Virus record (IMG/VR): IMGVR_UViG_3300032038_000034
Span: 1-64,000 of that record
Strand: one strand, 5' to 3'
Source: a virus
Taxonomy: Duplodnaviria > Caudoviricetes
Length of the DNA: 64,000 bases
This document shows, piece after piece, positions 1 to 13,135 of this stretch. How positions within the stretch are numbered: position 1 is the first letter of the stretch; each line of letters starts with the position of its first letter. The notes below the pieces were generated by a model that saw only the letters and a program-made list of their open reading frames with translations, was not told the origin of the DNA and did not search any database. A program made the position numbers and the translations under genes.

Positions 1-507
1 TGTAGATTCAACAAGTTCATTAGACATTCTATCAGCCTTAACACCAAACAAACGCAAGCACTTGCGCATCTGTTCAAGCGTAAGCTTATCAAATTCCTTA
101 ATAGCTTCTCTACGCTGCTTATTAATTTTATTAGCTTCAACGGCTTCTGCTTCTCTATTAATTAAAAGGTAATCTTTACCAGCAGTAAGTTTATCGAGTG
201 AAGTAGCAACGCGCTTATGACCACTGAGGAACTTAATAATCATCTCCTGACGGGGGATAGAATCATCAAGAATAACACCTCTAGCACCAACTTTTACACA
301 GAAGGTATCCCAGAAACTGCTAGTCTTTGACAGATGGCCTTCCTCATAACCTAAAACTTTCTCGTAATATTTTTCATCTTCGGGCGTCAGTCCCGTATAT
401 ATCGACCCAGACCTTGTGAAGTAAGGAGCGATGTAGTCAAAACAACTCTTATATTTTACTAATCCGGCCCAGGGATTCTTTTTCTTAATCTTTAATTCAA
501 CTACCAT
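1..507 (-). CDS. Conserved crAssvirus protein downstream of MCP (partial, runs off the window edge)
   Basis: ATG at 507; open frame MVVELKIKKKNPWAGLVKYKSCFDYIAPYFTRSG...RMSNELVEST to position 1; lies directly after MCP. Missing from the ORF track because it is truncated. Confidence 0.8.
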   Translation of the reverse strand, partial: MVVELKIKKKNPWAGLVKYKSCFDYIAPYFTRSGSIYTGLTPEDEKYYEKVLGYEEGHLSKTSSFWDTFCVKVGARGVILDDSIPRQEMIIKFLSGHKRVATSLDKLTAGKDYLLINREAEAVEANKINKQRREAIKEFDKLTLEQMRKCLRLFGVKADRMSNELVEST

Positions 508-529
508 AATTGTATAATTAGTATGTTGT

Positions 530-566
530 GATGCCGGTCGGGGAGCCGAAGCCCCCCTCGGTCATC
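530..566 (-). terminator. Stable stem-loop after MCP (terminator or mRNA-stabilising hairpin)
   Basis: On the minus strand GATGACCGAGGGGGGC-TTCG-GCTCCCCGACCGGCATC: GC-rich stem with UUCG loop; no U-tract on the minus strand. Confidence 0.5.
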
Positions 567-587
567 AATATATCTTTTTTAATGAGA

Positions 588-2096
588 TCAAATACCTTCG
601 TTGCTGATTTCTGTATCTTCAGCATCGCAGTACAAGATACCGCAAGACAATGGGTTGCGAAGCATAATACCCATCTCACCCAGGAAGTGAACCTGGTAAC
701 CATCACGGCTGTTAGAACGCAGTGTAGTGATGCTGTTAGCGTAGCCATTAGGAGCTACAGAACCACCGGTGAACCACTGTACGAACTCACGACCCTTACG
801 GCAAACCTTAACGACGTTAGCCTGACCATCACGCTGACCAAGATCAACGAACAGGAAAGTATAAGACATCAGTGGCTTACCAGTCAGAGGATGCAGCTGA
901 CGGAAGATCTCCATGTTATCGAAGAGAGCGCAACGCTTCAGAGTCAGCTCAATACCGTTCGTCATCTTGTAAGTAGTGAACTGACCACCGAGAGTCAGGT
1001 TCTGACCAGTACCAGTTACGAATACAGTATCAATCAGGTTAAAGCTAGCAACCTTCTCCTTCAGGATGCGGTCGAACTCACGAATACCCATCTCACCAGT
1101 CAGGGCGATGAACTTACGCTCATTAGTACCCAGCAGGTTGTAGCACAGATCGAAGAGGAAGTCCTCGAGCAGCTCGGCTGTCAGGTGAGTGTAGTAACGA
1201 ACGTTAGCTGGGCTAATCTGCTCGAACAGACCAGACATCTTAGCAACGTAACGACCATTCGTACCCTTCAGGTTATAAGTACCATCCTGCTGACGGTTAC
1301 CCTTAGCGAAGAGCAATTCCTTCTCCTCACGACGTTTCCACTCACGAAGAGCAATCCAGTACTGATAGTCAGACCACAGATAAGAAGTCTTACCAGTCTC
1401 AGGATCCTTCAAAGCGATAGCAAGAACAGTGCTGTATGCGTCACCAGTGATATCGTAAGACAGACGGAGAGTCTGCAGCTGGTTGCGCATCTTAAATGGA
1501 GTCTGATATCCGATGATATCTGCCTCATCACTGTACTCCTCGTAAGCAGAACCCATACGGCTTACCTGACGACCAGGCAGCAGGAACTCACCAGGAATAT
1601 AAGCAGCATTGCTCTGATCAACTACATAACACTCGTATACCCAAGCACTACCATCCTGATAAGGAGTACCGCTTACGCGAACCTGGAACTTATAGTCGTC
1701 GAAAGACAGAATAGCACCAGGACCGAACCACTTCTCCTCAAGAGCGAGGAAGATAGGCTGACCATTAGCACCAGCAGTAGCTTGGGGATAATTAGAGGTA
1801 TTAATCTCAGAACCATTAGCCTTAGCCCAACGGATGTTGACTGCATGCTCGCTATCGATCATTACGGACCACTCGAACTCACGGTTCTCAATGACCATCG
1901 TTTTGCCCAGACCACCAGTGATCAAATCGATAGCAGTTGATACACCGTCGTCCTTAGTACCGAATACCAGTGAAAGCAGACCAGAAACCTCATGAGGCTT
2001 AGTCAGCAGGGCGTTAGAAATCATGTTCTCATCTACCAGGTCGCTGAAACGACGTCCGCGATACAGCTGGAGATTATTAAGTAAACTATTATTCAT
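588..2096 (-). CDS. Major capsid protein (crAss-type HK97 fold)
   Basis: 502 aa; strongly biased codon usage; position in the TerL-portal-(acidic protein)-MCP block; no in-frame TAG. Confidence 0.9.
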   Translation of the reverse strand: MNNSLLNNLQLYRGRRFSDLVDENMISNALLTKPHEVSGLLSLVFGTKDDGVSTAIDLITGGLGKTMVIENREFEWSVMIDSEHAVNIRWAKANGSEINTSNYPQATAGANGQPIFLALEEKWFGPGAILSFDDYKFQVRVSGTPYQDGSAWVYECYVVDQSNAAYIPGEFLLPGRQVSRMGSAYEEYSDEADIIGYQTPFKMRNQLQTLRLSYDITGDAYSTVLAIALKDPETGKTSYLWSDYQYWIALREWKRREEKELLFAKGNRQQDGTYNLKGTNGRYVAKMSGLFEQISPANVRYYTHLTAELLEDFLFDLCYNLLGTNERKFIALTGEMGIREFDRILKEKVASFNLIDTVFVTGTGQNLTLGGQFTTYKMTNGIELTLKRCALFDNMEIFRQLHPLTGKPLMSYTFLFVDLGQRDGQANVVKVCRKGREFVQWFTGGSVAPNGYANSITTLRSNSRDGYQVHFLGEMGIMLRNPLSCGILYCDAEDTEISNEGI

Positions 2097-2125
2097 ATAT
2101 TATCTAAATTGTTTAATTAATTAAA

Positions 2126-3298
2126 TCAGAACGCACCTGCAAGTAAGTCCGTAACTGATTTCTGTTTATCATCGGCATTAAATGTTGAATGATTTTTGCT
2201 TGTGTGCCGTAACATTTTTCTAAGTTTTTCAGCAGCGGATGACTCTCCTTTCTTTTCTGCATTAGAGATCAAAGCGTCAGCTTTCATCGTAAAGTATGCG
2301 GATTCAATGAGGTTCTTTGATAGATTTTCATTAAAGTCTTTTTGATATTGCGAAATACCGTTTTGATCTACTTTGAAAATATAATCAAAAAGTGCCTTAC
2401 GATCTTCCTTAGGAATGGCAATGCCACGTACATTTGTAAGAGAGTTGATCTCGTTCGTTACACTTTGGAAGAAGGCTTTTGACTGCTCTTCTTGTTGACG
2501 AGCAAGCTCTTCCTACTGTCGAGTAGCCTCTTCAAGCTCCTGAGTTCTGATCTGCTTCAATCTATCTAATGCATCCTCGGACTCTTCATAAAGCATATCG
2601 TTGTCTTCGTAACGAGCAATCTTCTTATTAATCTGCTCGTCGTTATAATTACTATACTTCAAGAGTTCACGAATAACTGCCTTTTGGTTAACTTCATCTT
2701 CCATGTCGATATTATCGAGTGACAGACTTTCTTGCTGTCTCTGATAGAAATCTTCAAACTTTCCGCCATTTTTAACGTACTCGTCAAGCTGCTTGATACG
2801 ATCATCAGCATATTCTGGGACGGAGTTCTGTTTTACTGTCTCTGCAAAATATTGAGTGAGCGCATCAACAGTAAGAGGTCTATCCTTCTCGTCAATATCG
2901 TCCATATTCCAACCGAGAGAGTTGCCGATTGCATCGAACAGAAGCCCCACTTGCTGAGCTTCGATGAGGTCTGCCTCTGAAGGTTCTGTGTTATCTTCAT
3001 TGTTCTCCTCGTTTTCCACTTCGGTTGTCTTTGTTTCGGTGTTCTTATTATCCAATACACCGTCGGGAATATCACTGTTATCCTCTGTAGCAGAGGTCTT
3101 TTGAGTGTCATCCTCTTTATTGCCGTCCTCAGTATTCACTGGCGGTTCTTTCTTATCTTCATCTTCTTCAAACGGAAGTTCTACTGCAGAATCCAAGGCG
3201 TTCATATCTGTTACACCTTCATGCTCTTCTACATTAGAATAGATGTTACCAAGTACATCTTCAAATCCGCTTGGTATAGTATTCTTCTTTTTTGCCAT
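2126..3298 (-). CDS. Conserved acidic protein upstream of MCP (scaffold-like), 390 aa, one TAG=Gln
   Basis: Track ORF 2513..3298 stops at TAG in ATRQ*EELARQQEEQ; the frame continues to TGA at 2126 (...TDLLAGAF). Confidence 0.85.
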
Positions 3299-3351
3299 AT
3301 TGCAATATAGTTAATTAAGTTATTTGTTTCGCAGTTCATTCTGCGTATTTG

Positions 3352-5250
3352 TTATTGTCCTACGAATTTAATTCTATCAAACCATCCAAAAGGATTTGGT
3401 TGAATTCCATAATGTATATCTTGAAATGGAACAATTCCAGGACCGTGCATTACATCTAATCCATCCAATGCTACTCCGTGTTGTTTTAAATCTTCTATGT
3501 CTGAAACAATAGTTCTTGGAATGTCTTGTGCGGATCTGTAACCTCTTGCATCATAATACGGAGTTCCCCTATTCCACCATATTTCAGGCTAACCTTGCAA
3601 AGAACTGTTCCATACAGAGTTTGAATTTGATGCGTCTTTTGGCACGAATCCGATTCCATTTACTGGCTGTGGACCGCTATCGTCCATATGAATTATTTTA
3701 GTACCTTTTGGAAATCTTTCATCTTTTGCTAGAATTGTGGCAAGTCTATATCTCTAGTTTTCAGTTAACTCTGATAGCGGTTTTTCTCTACCTCCCCATA
3801 AACCAAGATTATAATCAATTACGTCGCCAACAGTATTTCCTTTTCCTCCGCTAGATTTAAATGGTCTTATAAAACTTACCTCGTTGTTAAACCATTGTTT
3901 AGCGTATTCATCAAAAACCCCGGACGTACCATCCTGTGCAGCATCAGACAACCTTGCAGTTTTTAACGCCTTATTCACTTCGCGACTAGTATTATATTTG
4001 GTCATTAAAGAGTTATATGTATTTCTAAGCCTGTCGATATAACTCTTACCTTTTAACAGATTAAATCTGTTTACATAAGGTAGTAGCGCCATTCCAGACA
4101 TTACCGTATTTGCATGAGATTCTTGATCTGTAAGATTATGAACAGATTCGTTTAAATCGTATCCAAAATCTGGAGCCCCCCATGCGGCACTCAAAACTGG
4201 ACCGATTACTGGAATCTACGAAAGACCAATTCCAATCCCTGCACTGCTAGCATCTGCTTTTATCCAATCCTTTCCAACTACTTGAGCGACTCTACCAGCA
4301 AACGTTTGAGGTCTAGGTTTTACTTTATATGTACTGCCACGTTTTATCGTTGGTTGTTGCTACTATTTACGTTCTACTAATTCAGGATCTACAACTTTAC
4401 CGTACTACCTTTTTATAGCTCGAACAGGTTCTTGTCTTTGAACAGTAGTGGCGTCCGACCGTTGTTCTAAACGTCTTTTTATCAATTCTTCAATATTGTC
4501 GCCTTCTGTGCCTAGATAATATCCAGGCAACTTACCATCTTTATAAGCAGGTTTGTTAAACCTAGATTCTTTCAATAATAAATTTGGTTTTGTCCATTGA
4601 CGCACAGCACGTTTAGTATCGTAAGCGTTTCTCCAACGTTTTACTTCCGGAGAACCAGAAACTTCTTTTGCTCGCTTATCTACAAGCTGTTGATAGTTCT
4701 TTTGACCCGGATTATATTTTTGAGGAGAATTCGCATATAATCTAAATGCCGCGTCTAATACGCTTTCGTTTGTAGTTGGAACAGGACCCTCGTCGTCGCC
4801 TATTCCAGCATCCATAAGATCTTTATAGTAGTTTACAAGCTATCTAGATTTTACAGCATCTCCGTATTTATTTATATACTACCCTGTGCCAAGCTTTTTA
4901 AACACAGCAGCTTTTTCTGGAGACAGTAGGTGATAAACAGAAGTATCATCAGTGGGGTTACCTAGCGTAGATTCTTTTGTTGCCAATCCGATGGCTGTAT
5001 TTATATCCAACCCTTGTCTTGTTGCAGCATCTGCGATAGAGTCCAACATGTTGGTTGATAATATAGCTCCTGTCGCAAGCCCTGCGTTAGTTAGTTTTAC
5101 AGCCTTATCTTGTATAAAAGGGATGTCGTTATCCTTGTAAATAATTGGATTTTTTCCTTTCTTATAAGTAGGTAATCCAGCTTCATATACCTACTCTCCA
5201 TTCTTCCAAGCGGCGAACCTTTTTCTAAATTCAGTAGGATCTTTGCGCAT
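3352..5250 (-). CDS. Virion-associated modular protein with N-terminal lytic-transglycosylase(SLT)-like domain, 632 aa, TAG-recoded
   Basis: ATG 5250 to TAA 3352 in one frame joining track ORFs 4405..4815 and 3754..4194; motifs IADAATRQGLDINTAIGLATKES and KYNPG; AAA TAG TAG CAA CAA at 4354-4368. Confidence 0.7.
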
Positions 5251-5407
5251 AAGTATTTCCCTCCATTCTATTAGCTAATAGGTTAGCGATTATATTGTGT
5301 ATAAAGTCATTAGCTTCATCATGCTGTACTAAGCGAAGTATAGCTCTTAGAAGCTCATTATTCTATCTAGTAAGCTCTAAGAGCTCTTGTTCTTCACTTC
5401 TCGTCAT
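5231..5407 (-). CDS. Small hypothetical protein, 58 aa, one TAG
   Basis: MTRSEEQELLELTR(Q)NNELLRAILRLVQ...; ATGA overlap with the upstream gene. Confidence 0.65.
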
Positions 5408-6210
5408 TGTATTTCAGTATTTTTATAAGGCCCGTATTTAGCTTTTCTTATCGGACGATTGTACGCCTTCTAAATACCATTCCATATAAAATCGTACGGA
5501 TATCGGCCATTGTTTACATACATACGGAGCCTTGGTTCTATTATCTTATGTGCAACATATTCAAGACTACCTGGAGTATTGTATCCGTTTACGCCATTTA
5601 TCTTCATGTCCCCATTTGGCCTCGATAAAAATTGCTTCATCCAATTAAAGTTTCTAGGAGTATCGGTGCCGTGTATCTGATATGCATGAGACATTTCTGC
5701 TATTATGTCTGAAGCGGCGTCTTCTGGACTTACGTACATAGTATTAAGAAATGGATCATACGAAGCTCTATTTTCATCTCCTCTCATAATACCAAGTTCT
5801 TGCATAATCCGCATACCAGGAGAAAATCTAGACGTTGTCGGTTTTATTGTAGGTTTGTTTGATTTAAGATATAAATCATATAGTCTATTAACATACGTTC
5901 TAGAATCTTTTGAATTGTCTGGATCGACGAGTCCATAATCGATCGTGTTATAAAACTAATTTCTTAATTCTCCATTCGGAATCATCTGTTTAGCTTTAAA
6001 TACCGCATTATCTTTTGGCGGGCGCACTATAATTTCTGGAAGACTTCCTGCATCAAAATAGGCCTCTCCATTTAATGCGTTTCTAAGAGTTTCTTCTTCT
6101 GGAGAGCTTGTTAGAAAATTATTGTCTTTAAATTTATTCTGCCAAAAAGATAATACTGGTCGATCGTCGTTGTAATAAACTCTATCGAGCATTGGTTTTC
6201 TCAGTCCCAT
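5404..6210 (-). CDS. Zincin-like protein with degenerate AExxH motif, 268 aa, 2 TAG
   Basis: Track ORFs 5956..6210 and 5470..5814 share a frame, joined by TAG; ends at TGA 5404; motif DIIAEMSHAYQIH. Confidence 0.65.
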
Positions 6211-6212
6211 AA

Positions 6213-8699
6213 TTACTTTTCTCCGGATACTTTATTACGAATAGCTGCACGAGCTTTAACTCTTTCGCGTTCAAGAGCTGCATCATCCTTTTGCTTCTGA
6301 AGCTCAGATTCGTGCTTCATCTTTTCTCTTTCGAGTTCTATCTTCTTATCTTCGATATCTTTCTTATACTTAATCTCACGATCTTTGACATACTCTCCAG
6401 AGCGAATCTTTTGCTGCTCCATAGCTACCTTATACATCTCCTCAGGATCGGGTATACCATTGTTGTTGATATCCTTCTCTTCCGTACCACGATAGGTAGA
6501 AATCTCAGCTACAGCAATCTTAGTCTGATTATCAGCATCAATCTTATATCTTTCAAGATCCATCTTAGCTTCCTCAAGCATAAGCTCTTGCTCACGCTGT
6601 TCGTTCTGCATCTGCTGGAGTTGAATAGCCTGTTGCTGTTCTGCTTCTTGAGCTTGTTTTTGAATCTCTTCTTGACGTTGCTGCATCTCTTGAAGCTTCT
6701 GCTTAATGATATTAAAGTTGTCGTTTGTAAGAATCTCTGCTGCTTCCAACAAGCTTGCACCGTTTTGCATAGCTGGTTGAATAAGCTGTTGGAGTTTTTG
6801 TATATTCTCCATGTCTTTAGAGGTATCGCTTACAAACACGTCCATATCTTCATAATAGAACTTATCTGAAATATCGACATAAGCACGTTCACCGTTATCA
6901 AAGATATAGCTAAGCTTCTTTTTACCTGTCTGTTCCCAAGCACCTTTAGCAGTGTTTAAGAGCATATTTAAGGCGTGACGTTTACATTGGTTGTGTGCCC
7001 AGAATAAAGGCTCTGTAATATGTGAAGACTGTACAACAGATCTTTCTACGTTACCTACCAACTCATGAGTACTAATAGCACCCATACGCTGTTCTGTAAT
7101 ACCAGAGATTGTACCTGCTAGTTGTTCGATCTTGTCCATCAACTGAATATACTCAGCGATTACGTTCGACATAGTAAGATCGAGAGAAGTGATTTGATTA
7201 AATGTAGCAGTCTTTCCGCCTTCTCTTCCTGGTACGTTCCAACCTTCTTCATAAGGATTAATAAAGTTTACACCTACAGAGGACAAGTAGTGCATCCATC
7301 TTTCAGGTGAGATATTCATAGACTTAGGAATCTATGTGATATCCATGTTTACTACTTTTCCTTTGTCTCTTGCTATGGCCAATTCCAATCTATACCATAG
7401 TACGATATACATGTACTGTAGAGGTTTAAGAATGCTAACCAAGGACCTAGGACGACTATTGGTATTAGAATAAATGCATCCACAGTAGGGAAGCTTTTGA
7501 GAATTAGGGTTGTCAATTGATATGTGCTGGTACTCAAGAGGTTGAATCCCAAAATAGAGATCGCTGCCAGCGCGATATCCTTCCCAAACTTCAATAATCC
7601 AGTCTGGTTCTACAGACAATTCCATGCCTGTCTTTTTGTATGACTCGTCGACTATTTCTACCTAAGGTTGTCCTGCTTCGTCTAAGTATGTAACATAATA
7701 GATTTTCTTAAATGACTTCCAGCAACAATGCCACACGTTGATCGCATATCTGCTCTTTTGGTCATAAATTGGGTTATCGTATAAATGCATCTGTATGCCG
7801 CCAAAATCGTCAACCATGTTTTTATCTCCATAGTCGCTGGCAGGTCTACCTGTCATCATCTCTTCAAGTTTATTAAGATCCTTCTCGGTAAGCTTATCGT
7901 TGTATCTATCGTATACTTCTTGCATCGGAAGTCTCATTCTTCTGCAGCACCAAGAGCCGTCTTCAATAAACTCTAAGTCAGGACTGTGATCATAGGCAAA
8001 GAACATTGGGTTTACCCTCTCCAAATAAGGCTCATCGTTCTGTACCCCCACATAGTATATTTCGGTACCAGCGATAAGAGCGTCTTTCCAACCTTTAATA
8101 AATTCATTGTCTATATTAAGTTTTTCACGCAGATATACAAGAGTATGATATGCTGTATTCTCTATCACATCTTTGTAGTCTTTCTGCATATATTTAGCAA
8201 TAGCTTCTGGAGGCATTACTTCTCCGTTCTACAGCTATTGTTGAAACTGCTGTGCTTCTTCTGGACTCATACGAGCGGTAATAGCAGCCATTATATACTG
8301 CATCAACAACTCCTTTTCTTTGTCCATAAGTTCTGAAGCTGCCTCCTAAGAAGTTCTAACGACCTGGAAGTTCATTGGCCTCTTTGTCTCTTCACCAATC
8401 AACAAGTCAATCTTTGGTCGTATGATATTGAAATCCTAAGGAGTAGCAGGAAATCCATCTTCAACCTTAAACGGATTTGTTATCCGCTTAAAATCTTTCT
8501 CGTCGAAGATGCTATTATATAAATTATAATAGGTTTCTATCTCCCCGAAGCGAGTTTTTTCCATTCCCCCAGAGATTACATTACCTTCTCCGATAATGTA
8601 GTTTACACAGTCGTGCTGCCACTTCTCATTCTTCTTTGATAGCGGAAGTTTTTGCTACGGGAATGTTGCGTTGTATAAATTATCTTCTACTCTAACCAT
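6213..8699 (-). CDS. Portal protein, 828 aa, 7 in-frame TAG
   Basis: Single frame from ATG 8699 (FP(Q)QKLPLSKKNEKW; FNIIRPKIDLLIGEE) through track fragments 7662, 7332 and 6213; TAGs at 8655, 8436, 8346, 8235, 8229, 7662, 7332. Confidence 0.92.
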
Positions 8700-8702
8700 G
8701 TG

Positions 8703-10730
8703 TTAAAAGTTAAATAACGGTACGTCTTCGGGACCGCGATCCTAGTCATAGTATTGCTAACTAAATAGCGGTAGTTCGAAGAGCTCAACCTATTTATTTT
8801 TATCCTTTGCAGCTGCCACTTTAACTTGATATAATTCTTCTCTATATATCATAGTCATACACAGAGCTATCACACGGTCTACGTTCTTTACCCCGTCGTT
8901 TTCTATTAGCTCTTCTATCAGCGGTTCGCTGTATACTCTCTCTATATTAGGGTGGCCTGGTTCATATTCTTCCATTAGCCATTCGAGGATCAATCCCTCT
9001 CCGTACGCCCTAATAGCTTTTGTCATGTGGCAACCTTTTCGGCGTTGCACTCTACTGTCTTTAAAGACCTCCGTAATAATTTTGTCTGGCTAATCTGCCA
9101 ATAAATAATCGCAATGCTTGTTTGTGAAATATGGGTATATACCTTTACGCTCATTCTCAAACAGAAGTCTTGCATTATAGAATATAAGTAGTTTACGTAC
9201 ATTCTCATAATACTCTTCTGCTGTATCTGGACGTCCAGTATATTCTGCAACAATCACGTCGTTCCATGCTTCTCCTGCACGCACTCGTTTAAATATGAAA
9301 GTAGACCCTAAGGAGTTGGTAAATGACTCATCGTGATCATACGGGTCACAACCCCCAATGTATAGGCCGAATGGCGCGTCTGGGATAGGATATTCCCATA
9401 TGACTACAGATCCTCCTGGTTTGTCATCTTTTTTTAAGTGATACGTTGTTATATCCCCAGACTTCTTTTCTGTAGCTTTAACTCCGCCATCACCGTCCCA
9501 AGCAAGATCTACAACATGTTTCATGTTTCTAATCTTGGTGTTAGTTCTGATTCTAGTCAATTGCTCCATCAACAGTTTTCTAGGGAATATATTCTTTCCT
9601 AACTCTAATACTGCTTCCTGCGGCTTTAGTGGACGCTCAGATATAAATCTATCAATAGATGTTTGTGACGCGCCGCCTTCTTTAATAGTATTTCTTTGTA
9701 CTATTAATTCTTCTATCGCTTTCTCTTTAAGACTATTACCGTCTTTATCCATATATAGATTACTCCATGCTGGTACAAAGAATCCACATTCTGTGGCTTC
9801 CTGTCCGTCATCCCATATGTTTGGAAAGCTTAAAACATTGAATGCTTTCGGATTATAGAAGATATTCTTTAGACCGTCAAAACTACCGCCTTCAGTACCA
9901 CCTGTGCCAAATAAGCACAATAGACCAAAAGCTACACCGTCGTCAGTTTCTACAGCAGGTTGTTCAATACGCCATGCTGTTTCAAGGTTGGGGAACTTAC
10001 CACCTTCTTCAAATAACACTAACTTACCACGAGTACCACGAAGACGTTCTGGGTCATTCTTTAGGGTTATACCTGTTATGCTTGATAAGTAACCTTGTTC
10101 TGTTTGTTTACCGAACTCGTCAGTTACTTTATAACCAGATACACGTTCCATACGAGTACTTGTAAGTCTTTGTTTACTCCATGCAGTATGTTTGTCTACG
10201 AAGTCCATGATCTACCACGCTTTAGTAAGCAATCCGTCTCCAACTAGGAACTTTTGCTCACTTGCTACTGCGAAGTTTTTAGATCCTGGAATCAGCTCGT
10301 AATTTCTAACTAACATAGAAGCACCCTTAAACGAGTAACCTCTCTGTCTGCATTTGAGCGTAGCCATGTGTTTTCCCTGGTTCTCTGCTTCTTCTATTGC
10401 ATTGAAGTAATAATAATCATAATCCCAGAAGTCTGGAAAATTGAGAATACGTTCGCGTCTTTTACGAACATTACCGTATCTATCGGTATATTCTCTCTCT
10501 TCCAGCTTCATGATAGGACTATAATTTAAATAAAAGTAATGATACCCAGTTATAGCATCTCCATCAGGAGCTACATAACCATTTAAGCATCTACTTGTTT
10601 CTTGCTCCCAGAATTGTATATAATCAGTAGTCCCTCTGGGAGCTAAAGTATAACAGCCATGCTCCTAGAAGAACAATGCGCTCTATCTGAACTTATCGCT
10701 GTTATATATCTTTTTATTAAAGTCTACCAT
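8703..10730 (-). CDS. terL: Terminase large subunit, 675 aa, about 7 in-frame TAG
   Basis: Walker A LKCRQRGYS, Walker B LVLFEEGG, nuclease IGGCDPYD; fragments 10212, 9090 and 8790 share a frame; ATG 10730, TAA 8703. Confidence 0.95.
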
Positions 10731-10743
10731 ATGTCTTTATTGA

Positions 10744-13134
10744 TTATTGGTCAAATTCTGTAAAACTAAATACAGAAGTCGTTCTAGCATCGTTAAACGT
10801 GTTTACCTTCTTAACACACGTTCCTGTTATATATGTGGTTGGAACTCTAGTATATGCGTCATAGAATACATTTCCCATATACATATAGTTGTACGAATTG
10901 TCTGGGAGATTATTGTCAACGTTTATAAATATTGGTGTAGACAAGGTATAAATCCTACTAGCATTAGATGAATAACTAGGAGAGTTAGCATAAATCACAC
11001 CGCCAGACGGATATTGTCTAGCAATGTTATATTTGTTGCTATTTTTGTTATACACCAATTGTCCGTTTGTTATCTATACTTCTACATATGTATCTATATA
11101 TCCGCTAAAAATAGGTGCGTGTATATTTACAACATCTACATCATCTCTGTTTGCATAATGATAATCAGCAGTTGTTCCCATATACAACACAGAAGAGGAT
11201 TGACTTTCTTGTTCAGCATCGTCTATAAACTCCCACATAATTGTTTTTACGTAGAATGTTCCAGTAGGAGTTCCAGAAGTTGTATCGGGACTGTTGTAAA
11301 TATTTCCGTTTGCCACATATACGTTTTTCTGCGTAAATGCATTAGCAGCATCATCGCCACCTGTGTGTTGATACAAGTTAAGAACCGTGTATGACGTAGC
11401 ACTAGTATCCGTCCAGTTGCTCCAATCAATTTTTCTCCATTTGCCGTTTTCATCCATTATATACAGTTGCAATCCGCTTCCTTCAAGTACAAAATAAGCT
11501 TTTTCAGTAGCTCCATCACAGAACGATATTTTATTTCCTGTAGTCTTGATATTGAGACTATTGCTAGCTCCAGCCTGGAAGTCGTTTGCTTGCACATGAC
11601 CGGTAAGCGTCATGTTGTTTGCAGAAATACTGTTAGCAACAGTTTGTCCGTCAAGTTGAATCTTATCTGCTTTTATCATTACAGATGATCCAGATCCGTC
11701 AACAACAGCGTCTATAGTTGCTTCTACCCCGTCGACACGAGAACCAAGCGACGTTACAGCAGAACTATCACCAGCAAGAGTTTTAATGCTAGCAGCAGAA
11801 CCACTGTTGTTGGTTGCGAGAACATTAACAAGCGCTGTATCTAATGTAGATGTCGTAACAAGACTAGCAGACATGCCATTTAATTTGGCTTCTACTGTTG
11901 TGTCTGAACTATTACCAGTAATTTTTGTCGCAAGTCTTGCAATGTCGTTTTTATTATTATTAATTGATGACGCGAGTTCTGTAGAAGCTTCTCCATCTCC
12001 AGAACTGACTTTTAATCCGGCCAAATACTTACTTGTTTCAGTGTTAGTCTCGGCCATTAGTCCAGCGACAGCAGAATCAAGCGTAGATTTATTATATGTA
12101 TAAGTATCGTTTTCGCCGAGACTAGTAACTATATCCAATCTCGCTTCAGACTTGTTCGCACGCTGTCTTAATCCAGATACACTATCATATAATCCATTTA
12201 ATTTATATGTAGCAACAAGTGTATTTGTTGCGCTGGTTATATCGGATTTTTGCGCCAAATTTGCAAGGGACGTTACTCCTGTGCCATCTTTAATTACACC
12301 CTCCACTCTTGAACTAAGATCCGTACTAGCCACATAGTTGCCAAGCTGGTTTGTAATATCTGTTCTCAATCCAGCTATTGCTGTCGTATCTCCAGAATTT
12401 GCGGCAGAATATAATTCATTAAATGATTTATTTGCGCTAGCACTGCTTTTTAATCCAGAATACATCCACTCTAACACTTTTTTTGTTTGAGCGTCTGTAT
12501 TTGTATAAGTATTTGACAGTTGTGTAATGGCTTCGCCTCTATCTGTAATTTCTTGGTTTATTGCAGATTGTAATGTATCTAGGCGACCACCTTGTTTCGT
12601 AACTTGATTTACCTCAGACGAAACATTGTTTACACTTTGCCTTAATTGACTCCATTTTGTGACAATAGAACCATCATCTCCGTAGTCCCAAAGACCAACT
12701 GTCTACAAGTATGCTTTTACGTTTTCATTCCAACCGCTGTCATATTGGGTTACACCTTGTGGCCAGTTTTGTTGTATCCATTCGGAGTCTTTAACCATGT
12801 CTTCGACCTTGTCTTGTATGCTATCATCAAGGTCGTTTATCACATCGTCTAAGTTGTTATTAACGTCGTCAATATGATCATTAAGTTCGTCTAAAGTGTT
12901 GTTTAGTTCGTTGACAACGTCATCCATATCGTTCTTAACGCCGTCTATTTTACGATCAACGCTTTCGTCTATTTCCTATTTGCTATATCCGTATTCTTTT
13001 CCTTGATTAAATATCTTACCGGACGCTTTGTCTAGTACGATAGTTCTCCCAGATATTTCGCCATTTTGTACAGCGGTGGCGTAATCTGAATAGGTTAGTT
13101 TTGCCTATGGAAAATAAAATATTGTATTTATCAT
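10744..13134 (-). CDS. Tail fibre/spike-like protein with long coiled coil, 796 aa, TAG-recoded
   Basis: Fragments 12703..12927, 11074..12477 and 10744..11058 share a frame; heptad D/N repeats; IKADKIQLDG motif typical of tail proteins. Confidence 0.75.
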
Positions 13135-13135
13135 G

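Noticed and set aside
528-1940. 470-aa plus-strand ORF antisense to MCP
   Set aside because: Shadow ORF produced by the strong codon bias of MCP; composition is not protein-like.
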